Source: Vicugna vicugna (taxonomy: Eukaryota). From it: a DNA stretch of 64,000 nt. Where the stretch lies: contig MU058009.1 in the NCBI GenBank assembly GCA_013265495.1, forward strand, positions 560,001 through 624,000, in the 5' to 3' direction. The position numbers were made by a program, and so were the translations under genes. Below, one piece after another: positions 14,146-24,888 of this stretch (position 1 is its first letter; the number at the start of each line of letters is the position of its first letter). Under the pieces are notes generated by a model. The model was not told where the DNA came from, searched no databases, and worked only from the letters and a program-made list of their open reading frames with translations.

Positions 14146-14335
14146 TTTTTAAATTGAAGTTGTGCTGGTTTCCGGTGCACAACATAGCTATTCCATTAGC
14201 CATTAATTACATATATTTTCCTATTCGTTTCCATTATAGGTTACTACAAGCCAGTGACCACGGCTCCCTGTTCTACACAGCAGGGTCTCTTGTTTATCTA
14301 TTTTATATGCAGCAGTTTGTACCTGAAGGCCCGGG
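14146..14335 (-). mobile_element. L1 3' end fragment
   Basis: tttttttaaattgaagt...ttccattataggttactacaag...tccctgttctacacagcagg...ttgtttatctattttatatg. Confidence 0.75.
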
Positions 14336-15219
14336 AGCGTCTTTAATCCAGCCGGCTACCTCCTGCCCCCGTGCACGGGCGCCCCCTTCACACCCTGCCC
14401 TCACACTACCAGAAAGAGGGGAAGGAAGGGAGCCTCCTCCGGAAGCCGCTGCCATGCAGAAGGCCGGCTCCCCCTTCCCGTGCCCTCTGCTCACGCTCAG
14501 CTGCCGCAGCCCCGCCGCCCGGGGCGGAGAAGGGCCGGGCACCCTCGCCAGGGGGCCCCGCTCTCTTCCTAGCACTAAGGGGCCGCCGGGGCCCTCCGGC
14601 TCTCAGCTCACGCTTGGGCTTTGCAAGCGCTGCTGCTGCCACCATCAGGCCAATGTAGGAACTGCAGTGCTCATCTGGTTTCAGATCCGAAACCGTTCAG
14701 CCAGCTCTTGACCCACGTGGTCCCAAGATAAAAACGGCTCTCTCACCCCAGGTCCCACTCACACAGCATCCTATGCAAGAAGGAGGCTTCAGAGTCCAGC
14801 TCCCCAAAGATATGGGTCTCCCTGTGAACGTGGGGTAAACCCCAGCATCCTTCAGCGTGGCACAGCGAAGTGCAGGTCCCAGGCTGTGGAGAGCAAAGCC
14901 ACTTCGAGACTAACTGGCAGTTGCTGTTTCCTGTAACGGGGGTGGTGTGGAGGCGACGGGGGCAGGCGCTCCCTGGGCGGCACTGGGATGGGTCTCCAGG
15001 AGAGAGCTCTAAGTTTCTGTCCCCTGAAATGCCTGCGTGACGAGCCAGCCAGGCCTGGAATCATGCTGAAGCTGTCATAGCTCCCAGCATCGCCAAGGGT
15101 GACAGGTGGGCTGTCACACTGCACCAGAGATGAGTCACCTGTGACATGTGCAGGTGACTGACAGAGATGGGGACAGACACGCATTAGGGAACAGAAGGGC
15201 CAGATTGTTTCTTGGGGCT

Positions 15220-15341
15220 TGTTTTGTTTGTTTTGGAGTCTTTTTTGGGGGGGTAATTAGGTTTATTTATTTATTTTAATGGAGGTACTGGGGATTGAAC
15301 CCTGCTAGGCATGTGCTCCACCACTGAGCTATACCCTCCCC
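15220..15341 (-). mobile_element. vic-1-type SINE (internally deleted)
   Basis: gtaattaggtttatttatttattttaatggaggtactggggattgaacc...ccactgagctataccctcccc, with degenerate TSD gattgtttcttggg / gattgctccttggg. Confidence 0.85.
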
Positions 15342-18300
15342 TGCTGATTGCTCCTTGGGAGGAGTGGGTGGCCAGCCAGAGGATGCTTCTCTTGGCAGTG
15401 ATCCTGGTGACCCCATGGCCATCCAAGGCCTCACTTGGAGAGGAACAGCTTCCTACGGGGCAAAACTACACTTTAAATAGTCGGGGTCTTTCCTCCGCCC
15501 CCTGTGGGGGCTCCCAGCCTCTGCTGTGCTGTGTGGTGATGTGGGGGTGTTGGGGGGGCAGCTTTCTTTCCTTTCATTTGTCCTCACATCTCATCCCAAT
15601 ATTTCAGTATTTATTCAGAGCTTCCTAGGTTCCAGATAGTGTGCTAGGCACGGGGATGGAAGATGTGGTGCACGGATAAAAGAAATGGATATTTTAATCA
15701 ACCAGTTAAGAAAAGACCCTGCCTTGCTTTTTTTTTTTTTTAATCTTTCTTTCGTCTTTTTTGGTCAGAACAACTACCAAAGGAAGTACCCAGGCACTGT
15801 GTCCTGGATTGCTATCCAAAGGCTGGCCTGTCCTTTCCCCAGGTGGGAGGGGCCTGGGAACCTTGGGCCCTGAAGATAAGCTGAATGCCAGAAAGGCGGA
15901 GGCACCAACTCAGAAAAAATCTGAAGTCGAAAAGAGAAAAGCCCTCCAATGGGGGTCCTGGTTCAGAGATCAGCTCCCCACCTGTCATAGGGAACCCCTA
16001 AAACCCTCTTCTGTGCCTAGACACTGAGGATTCCCACAGGTTTTAACATGGCTCATCTTAGGCCACAGCTTAGGATCCTCTCATGCATTATTCAGTGTCG
16101 GTGAATCGGGTCTAAGGGCATCTTGAGAAGCATCGAGGCACACGGCGCAGTGAACTGGATGGGGAGTGAGTTCGGTCAAGCAACAGCACGTTTCTGAGGG
16201 CATGATGGTGGCAAGAGCTGCCTCTCCCTGCTGCCGTGGTCATGAAATGAACCAGTGCGTGTGGAAGGCGGTCTGCAACACATGAAGCTTCACAGAAACA
16301 CTAAATATTATCACAATCATCTTGATTGTGCAATTATTGCCACCATCACCACCACCACCACCAACCACCAAAAGAGTCTGTCTGGCACCTACAAGAACAT
16401 GTGCTGGGCAAAGAGATCTATAACACATCATCTACCTTGCAGACAGCAGAGGAAGGCATGGTCTGAAATAAGCAGCTTGTTGTTAACAGGCAATACTCAG
16501 GGGAGCTTGGAATTGCAGAGAATTTCGAGGTCATCTAGTCTACTCTCTGATCTACTTCTTAGGAGCTGATTCTTCCATTCCTGGTGGCCCAGACTCCCTT
16601 GGCTTTTCAGCAGTGGGAGGCTATCCACTGGTCCAGCCTTAGACACTAGGGTTGGATGTCGAGTCTTGGAGATGTCACTGTCTGCTTTTGCACAACAATG
16701 GCTAGTTTGGCTGCAGTCTTGGGATTGTCCTGCCAGCCCCCCTCCCCCGCCCCATTTCCTGAAGGGAACAGAACATGGAGCACGTGGTCGATGCGATGAT
16801 GTTTACTCCCGAAGGAAAGGTTTCTTGGGGCTGGAGACCCGTAAACATTTTTCACACCTGAGTCACATTGCTTGGCTTATAACCTTGTTTCCCTCAAAGC
16901 CAGTGGGGCTTAGCTTCCTCTTGAGAACAGGAAGGATGTCATCCGCACAGCGGCCCTAGGTATCTCTTGATTGTCTCATCCTTGTTCCCGTCTGCTCATC
17001 TGCTTTACCATTCGTCCTCACTGTTAGGCTGCCTCTGTCTCTGGCCAGCCTTCCCGGGCGCCCCGGAAACCGGTAACCTCTGTTCCTCATTGCACTGCGT
17101 CCAACCAACAGTCCAGTGTGTCCTCGGCCGCCTCTGCTTCTGTGTCCTCGTGGTCCCTTCCACATTTTCTTTACCCAGCACATCACTCTTAAGAAAGCAC
17201 CTACCTACTACCTTCCTTGGCCTTCCTTCTGGAATCTAAACCAACAGTTAAGGCCAGTCCTTCACACTTACTCTCTTGCTCACATTTCTACCCCTCTGTG
17301 CACACCTGTGTAGGAAGATGAGTGAGTGTACTTCCATTCAATTCTACATTTTTTTAACCCCCATGTGAAACTCAAGGAATACCAAGAATAAATAACATGT
17401 TGATTCTTCTCTTTTTTTTTTTTTTTTGTCCTTGGAACCCATGATATAGACAGAATCACAGACCCATGAGTTACTGACAATGAGGAACAGACTTAATTCT
17501 GACAATCCATCCGCAAAACGTTTAGCCTGGTGTCCCGACCAGCCCCAGCCTCCTCTCCCACTTGCCCCCACGTACGGCCTTCCAGCCACCATGGAACCCA
17601 ATGCTTCGGAGCCACCACCCTCTGTCCTGCCTTCTGGCCTGCACACACACTCAGAGGTTCATCGGGACCGCGCTAGATGTCTTCTACAATCGCCACCTCC
17701 TCTACGCAGCCTTTCTTGATGCCCTCAGCCGGTCCTGCCGCCCTCGGACCAGTCGGCCTGCTCTGAGCCATGCAGTGTTGTAACCGCGAGGCCACGTGTT
17801 TGCTCCTGGACTAGACTGAGCGCTCCCCTAGGGCTGGAACAGAGCCATGCTCACCTCTACAGCACCAGCCCCTGGCACCGTGCCTACCACATAGTAGGCC
17901 CACGATGAGGGATGGCCTAGTGGCCCAGGGCTGAGCTTCGGTGTCATAAAATGCTGCTTGATCACAAAGGAAGGAGTAACAAACATGGCCCTCGGGACCC
18001 AGACTGTACGGGGGCCCCGGGGCAGATGGAACGGCGGGGCTGAGGTTTGCTGGTCGCTGCTGCTGCTCTCAGCGCCAGACTTCAGACCTCTGTCTTCCAG
18101 GCGTAAGAAAGAACTTGTACCAACTGTCCAGTGAACGCGGCCACGTGAGCAGACCATCTAGAGAGTCCAGCCTGGTGGGCGCCTCCTTCTAGTCCTCACA
18201 AACGGTCTCTACTGCAACGTTCGTCTCAACAGTCCAGAAACGACCTCGGGTGAATCTAACTTCACGTTGCACACGAGGACACCAACACCAGGCGGAAGAT

Positions 18301-21300
18301 CAGCGGGGGAGGTCATCTCCCGTTTGAGGAAAATGGCTCATTTGTTCTAAGTTCTGGGCATCGCTACACTCTAGCAATAGTGTGTGTGTGTGTGTCTCAA
18401 GAGTTGGGTCACGGATGGGAGCAGGCTTGGACTGGGCGTGGTGAGGTGTCCAGACTGCCAGGAAGCCCCTCGCCTTGATTCTGGCGGGGACGTAGATGAC
18501 TGGCCACCTCCCACCCTCCACGCCCCAGCCGGGGCTGCAACAGAAAAACTCAGCAAGGCGCAGGCTTCGCTCGCGCTGGCCACTCTTCCCCTGGCTTTGA
18601 CTCGTTACCGGAGCATCCAGGGAAAGCTGACATTTATTTAATCCTCATAGAGGTATTGACTGTGTACTCATGGAAACGCTGTATGCTTACGGAAGACATT
18701 TGTTTCCAAGCAGCTTATGCTAAATTGCAGTGATATAAAGGAAACACTTATCTAATATTGACATTTACTGACTTCTAGAAGTATCCAGCCAGAATACTCA
18801 TTTTTACCATTGGGAAAGGAGGAAAAGGGGGGAAAAAAGAGCATAATGCTTGACTGCTAGCTCTTTCAGTGGGTGAGAAGGAGAAAGTTAATAAAAAGTT
18901 CATGGTAAATGTGCGGGTGGAGACCCCTATGCAGTGACACCGGGATGGATTCGGCTCACGCCTCGAGCTCAGCAGAAAGCAGGACGCAGCATTTTCTGTG
19001 TGACCACGACCAAAATATCCCAAGGATCTACAGGTATCTGTATTCTCATCTGATGCGCCCTCCTAACCGGGTGAGTCTGGCTTTCCGCTGGAGAAAAGAA
19101 AATGACCCAGGAGCAGTCCTGTCCCTATGCACTGGATGCTGCCTCATGCTCCTAACTGGAAATGAAATCCCACTCTGTTCGGGACACTGGGAGACACTAT
19201 CACAACCTGGGCCCAGGATGCTGGCAGGCTTTGCTCCTGGTCCCCTTGTGGGGAGCGGTGATGTGATGTGAAGCCCACAGGTGCGGGCATCCCAGGGCAG
19301 CAGCTCCAGGCAGGCCCTGCACCGTGACCGCTGGGGTGTCCACCTGAGGGAAGACCGGGGCCCCCATCGCTCCGCTGTGAGAACTACCATTAAATCAGGA
19401 TTGGCGCAGCGGTGAGGGTCCAAGTGTGGAGTCCAGCCTGCTCCTGGCCTTACTGCCCCCTCCACTGCTGAATTAAAATGTCCTTGTTCCCAGGCACAGG
19501 AGAAGGGAGTTTGGTGCCCTGCCTTTCCTGCAGTGACCCTGGCTCAAAAGGCTTGGGCTGATCTTTCACCCAAAAGTCACCTTGCAGGGATAAGGACTGT
19601 AGCTGAGAAGCGATGCCTAGGCCTGCGTGACCCCCTCCCCACCCCCGTGTACACCGAGACCCCAAATTGAATGTTCTTGGCCTTGCTCCCCAATCCTCCA
19701 CCACAGGCAATTTTCTTTCCCTCGTTCATGTTTCCAAAACAGTTTATCTTTTTATCTCCTTGGAAGAAAAGTACTCTGCGAATCAAAGGAATCATTAGTA
19801 CTGTTATTATTTTGCTATTGAAATCTCTCAAATTCGTTCGGGATTATTCATGCGCTTTTTTGGGTCTGCAATATAATGCCGCCTAAGTCACCCCCACTGG
19901 GCTGAACAAAAAAGAAAAATTGCATCTTCAGGCCTAACGCCCTGCTCCCCCCTCCCTGCTCTCCTGCTGGCCCTGGCTCCTACCAGCGCCGGCGCGCCAG
20001 GCAGACCTGCTCCTTGGGACCATGCCTGGCTCCTTGCTGCCATGTTCCAAGGGAGCTCTGCCTTTGCATCCCTGGAGGGAGGCCCCCGTGGGATCCTCCA
20101 AGTGCAGTGTGAGGGCCCAGACCCCACCCACTCCCTCTCCACCTGGGGAGTTTCTCCTCCCTGCTCAGTAGGTCTGGCTGGGAATTGAGAACTCCCTGCT
20201 GGGCAGCAGACACAGTGACCGCCCCCCTTGACCCTATAGACCGGCCCCAGTTCCCCTCACCCAGCAGGTTTGTGAAAGAAGTGGTCCCACGCCCTTGGCA
20301 GCCATGCACTGACCTTCCAGGACAAAAGAAGCAATTCTTCCTCCCTGAGACAAGGCGTCAGACCACTTGGGGTGCCCATGGGGAAGCATCACACTAAACG
20401 ACTTGCCCCGTCCTTTGTTCTGTGACATTTCTGGGGAACGATAAATGTTTCCAAAGTTGCTGTTCATTCCCAGTTTCCTTTCCTAATGCCTTCTGGGCTG
20501 TACCCCCTAGGGTCCCCTCCATTCCTGTGGCTGCCCGCCTCTGATGGGCTCTTACTGTTTCTGATGCCCTCCCCCTCCCTCCTCGCCCCCTCCCTCCCTG
20601 CCACCAAGGGCACTTGTTGGAAGTTGACGCCTCTCGTCTTGGTCCTCCCTCTTCACACTTCCTGTCACCCCCAGGGCTCCCCTCACCTGACCACCTCTCC
20701 TTATTCACACTCTATTTTACCCTCAGCCCACTCGATGCTCCTCTATTCCCTTGGACATTCACGCCACCATGACCCTCTGCCCTTTCAATGGCCAGCTGAC
20801 AGCCCGTCCTGGTGATCCTGAGAGCAAATCGGGAGAGCAAGTGGCTTAGATTCTTCCCAAGGAGGAAATGAGACCCCGGGTGAGTCCTCCACTCAGGGAT
20901 GCCACGGACAGGGCAATGCAAGCTTTCACCTTCACCCCAACAAGTTCAGAGCAGCGTGGCGCACACAGACACCCAACGAGAGAGCTGGACTCACTGAATT
21001 AGAACTTTCAGACCCACAAAGTTACTAGGCAGAACAGGACACTCTGGGAGTGCTAGAGGCAAAGGTCAGCAAGCAGGGAAGAGGACACCTTTCCTAGGAG
21101 CGGCTGCAGTGGGAGGCGGCGAGTTTGTATCAGTGCACATCCCCCCAAACCGTCCACAACCCCGAGATCTGATGGCCAGCAAGGCATCATCGTCTTGCTA
21201 GAGCACCATCCCTCCAAAGCTACTTAAGACGTGGGTGTGCGGGCTGGCTGGGCTGGTCTGGAAGACGAAGGAGGGCAGAAGAAGAAATCATTGTGGGCAA

Positions 21301-24300
21301 ACCAAAATGATAAAGGGAAAAAAGTATAGCAAGTTCTAAGTGTATGGATGACAAGAGAATCGATTCCTTTTCACCCAGGGGCAGAACAGGCCTCTTCTCT
21401 GCAGGAGGCAAATGGTGCTGTGACACTATCCCTCTCTGTACAGAGCACGCGGTCCTGACAGCTGAGGAAGAGGCATCCCCAGCGAGAAAGAAACCCACCA
21501 ACAGCACATACGGGCAGCGCTCCGCGTTCTCGCGGGGAGCCGGGCCCAGGGACACCGGCCAGGGTGGAAACAGAGGGCTGGCATGTGGCCTCTCTACTGC
21601 CACCTTAAGAATGATAAATAAACATTTCATCACAGTCTACATGCAAGGCCCAAACTTTAATTGAAAAGATACAGCATATCACTGACATGAATTATATCTT
21701 AATTTCACTCTCTAAAGGGTCATGAAAAAAAGGAAAAGTGAATAAATGTTCAACAAATTAGAAGAGAAAGGATGATTGAAATGACTTTAAGAGTTTATCT
21801 AGGTGTTTTAAAGCCTTCAGAGTGCCCTTGGGAGTACCCTCTCTTTATGGAAACTAAGATAACCTGGATCTGAAGCAGGAGGACTGTTCCCAGAAACTCC
21901 AAAATGACATGCAGGTTCTCGCTGTGACAGGTGTCAGTCAGCAGATGGATGTGTCACTAGAGGGCCAGAGAAAGCCCTAAAAAGAACCCTGGATACTTGT
22001 TTTCTCTGAGTGGTGGGCCATCCCTGAATCGCCACACATTTCCTTGGAAAGCATCGCAGGAGGTGGGATCAGATGGGTGGCTGTGCGGGGTTGCCAGGTG
22101 GGGTGTAACCACAGTCAGGGGCATGACAGCGGGTGCCATCTAGAGCCTGTGGGCTAGTCTTCTCATGACTTGCTCAAAGTAGATACACTCTATCCCATAA
22201 CTTGATAAACGGCACCAGGTAGGGGCTGGCACAGTGTATGAACATACATGAGCATTTATGTGCAGAGGGTCAAGTAGAATCCTCTGGGGAATTTACAATA
22301 CTCAAAACAACACCCACATTCAAATAAATGTCCAGGGATCAAGTCAAAAGATATTCCCAGTGAAGTCTGGTAAGCATTGTCCCACCTGACCATTAATTCC
22401 TGTAGTCAGACACTGTCTATTCAAGGAGCCTACCCTGCCCAGTGATGGAGGGGATTCTGACTGGCTCTGTCCACCTTGGTCTCCTTGTCTTTCCTTAGAC
22501 CTGTTTTGGAGTCCCGTGGACTATGCATCTACCATTCGGTAGGGTGGGCAGAGCTGGCCAAGCTCAGAACACTCAGGGATAACAAGGACCTATGAACCCC
22601 CAAGATGTTGTGGTTTCTTCCTAGTGCTTTCAGGGCTAAGGGGAGAAGAAACAGAGCATTTAACCTCCATAGGTAAATATTTAAAAATTTATATGAGGCA
22701 GTCAAGAAACAGCTCTGGACTGAGAAAGGAAGAAGCAAAGTAGAAGATGCAGGCTGTGATGGTTCCGACAGCCAGAGAGGCACTTAGATACCTCTAGCTT
22801 CTCCTGTCCATCTAGAGAGGAGTCACGGCTCAGGCTTCTAAGACTGCAGATGACTGATTACAACATGCACTGGTCTGGTGAACGTGGGTGTAGGGGGGAT
22901 GGTTGGATCCTCTCTTTAGGGATTCTACAGGTAACCTCCTGAGTGAGTGAACTGGAAGGAGGCAAAGGGGAATGCAAGTGAGCTTGTGTGTTGGTGTAGG
23001 TGTGTCCCATGAGCCAGCACGCACACATCCAAGAAAGAAGGCAATCTCACCAAATGGTCATGGAACCCAAATGTTTCTATACTCGTGTTCCAAGATAGTT
23101 CTTATTCATTCAGCCTGAAAGCTCTGGGGAAGGCAATTTATCTTCCTGCTGCTGTAGGGAGTCCTGGTGAGAGGCACAGAACCACTGGAATACATGAGAG
23201 TGTGTGTGTACATTATAATTATACACAAGCAGGGGTACATATGTACTCGAGCGGGGAGGGCCCTCCAGGTTTAATCAGGATGGTCACAAGCCAAGTTGGA
23301 CAAGGGAAAAATCTGCAGCGACCACAAGGACCAGGGGAAGATCTGGGGAAGGAGGCGTGGGTTTCTGCTTTCATTTGGCTTCACCCTGACAGGGGAGGAG
23401 AGGAAGCTATGCCGTGTGCTTACACAGCCAGCCACCCATGGCCGTGCTCTGCTTTCTCGAAAACTTTTACCCTTCATTTAATCAACAGATGGACGTGCTC
23501 TGTTGTGGATTTTTCTGAGCGAGTCCTGTTCCTCTCCGAGCTGTGCTGGCTGGCACCAACACTGCCTCAGATGGCAGAGACAGCCACAGCATTCCAAGAG
23601 AGGGGGAAGGAGCCGGCTGACTTAGCCCTCAAACTCAATTCCACAGGTGACTCCCGACGCTGCCGGCTTAGCCGGCACTCACCATCCCTTTCCCGAACTG
23701 CCCTCCCCGCCCTCCACCGCTCCCAGCCCCAGGGCTCCCAGTGGCAGGGAGCCCCAGGTGGCAAAGTTCTCTCCCAGTGCCCACCAGCTTCTCTGCCCCT
23801 GCTAGGCTGCAGAAAGGCAGCAATCAGCACCAGGGGCGGAACTGCATTTATACCCTGAAATCGAGTGCCGTGAAGGACTCGGAATTCAGCCTTATTCAGA
23901 GAACTCCATTACGTACAAGGAAACTCTTTAGAAGCTTTTTCCCCAGCCACTGCGAATCACCCCCACGGTCCATTCGGTCATCGCAGCCCTCTGCACACAT
24001 TCCCTTCCGAATACGCCCGTGCAAGCCAGACCTTATTAGAGCTGAAAAATCTACCTAAACAAAGCTCTCCTTCTCCAGCCTCTCCTTCCCCAACCTGCGT
24101 CTGAAGGAGAGGTGGCGCCCAGAAGTTCAGAGCGGCACATCCACCGAGATACTCCTAATTAACATACCGGGAGCATAAAGAACTCATTTGCATTGGAGAG
24201 TTTGAGCTGGATGTTGACAAGTGAGGGGAGAAAGTCACCCTCCCCTCCCGCAGCCCTTCCTTCCAAGGCAAAACAAACTGTCATTTTGTTGCCTTTTCAA

Positions 24301-24319
24301 AGGCAAAGAGGCAGGGCCA

Positions 24320-24870
24320 GTGCAGCTCGGCCGGGCACCGGGAGACACGCATCCATCAGTCCGAGTTTGCGAAGCCTGCACGCACGCCTGCCCGCCGCCT
24401 CCCGCGCCCTGACAACCCCGCCGACTTTCTTTGCAACTCCAGCGGCGCACGGGTCCTACCTTGACTGAAAAGGAAGAAGCAGACGAAGAGCAGGTCGAGC
24501 TGGAAAGGTCTCATTCCTCCGCGCGGCGAGGGGAAGCCGGCGGGGCAACTTGGGTTCGCGGCGAGTTTCTCCCGCCCGGCGGCTCGCGCTGCTCAGCCTC
24601 CGCCGCGGTCCTCCCGGCTCCGCGCCGACCATCGGTCTGTCCGTCGGTCCCTCCGGGTGGCCTCGGGCTCCGTGCCTCGCGGGATCGGCAGCCAGCCGAG
24701 GCAAGTTGCCTGTCTCTAGCCGCCTCGGGAAGCCGGGATCGTCAGCGACGTCCCCTCTCGGAGCAGATCCATCCTCTGGCGCTCGGCATCCCAGGCACAC
24801 GGCTTCCTCCGGCGGCTCCTCCCACAGCCAGCGCGCGAGCGAGCCAGGGAGCGAGTGACGAGTGACAGAA
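24320..24870. promoter_or_regulatory. CpG island over KIRREL3 exon 1 and proximal promoter
   Basis: Very high GC with dense CpG (gcgcggcg, cgcgccg, gcgcgcg) against CpG-poor flanks. Confidence 0.9.
24460..24514 (-). CDS. KIRREL3: KIRREL3 (kin of IRRE-like 3 / NEPH2) first coding exon, encoding the signal peptide MRPFQLDLLFVCFFLFSQ plus 1 nt
   Basis: The minus strand reads ggagga ATG AGA CCT TTC CAG CTC GAC CTG CTC TTC GTC TGC TTC TTC CTT TTC AGT CAA G|gtagga. The peptide matches my recollection of the mammalian KIRREL3 N-terminus (human MKPFQLDLLFVCFFLFSQ). It has 55 coding nt, a canonical phase-1 GT donor and lies in a CpG island. Later exons fall outside the window. Confidence 0.95.
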
Positions 24871-24888
24871 GGGCTCCTTTCACTGAAG
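24515..24888 (-). other. KIRREL3: KIRREL3 5' UTR part of exon 1 (5' boundary approximate)
   Basis: GC/CpG-rich sequence contiguous with the ATG. The upper bound is set at a candidate splice acceptor (AG at 24890-24889). The true TSS cannot be read from sequence. Confidence 0.65.

Larger units (their letters stand above)
1..24459 (-). other. KIRREL3: KIRREL3 intron 1 (partial)
   Basis: Starts at the GT donor (24459-24458). No sequence resembling exon 2 (ELGLQKRGCC...) was seen in the window, consistent with the very large first intron of KIRREL3. Confidence 0.85.

Noticed and set aside
23085..23858. Longest ORF in the track (257 aa, plus strand)
   Set aside because: Non-ATG start, no recognisable domain, antisense within intron 1, and composition typical of non-coding GC-rich DNA.
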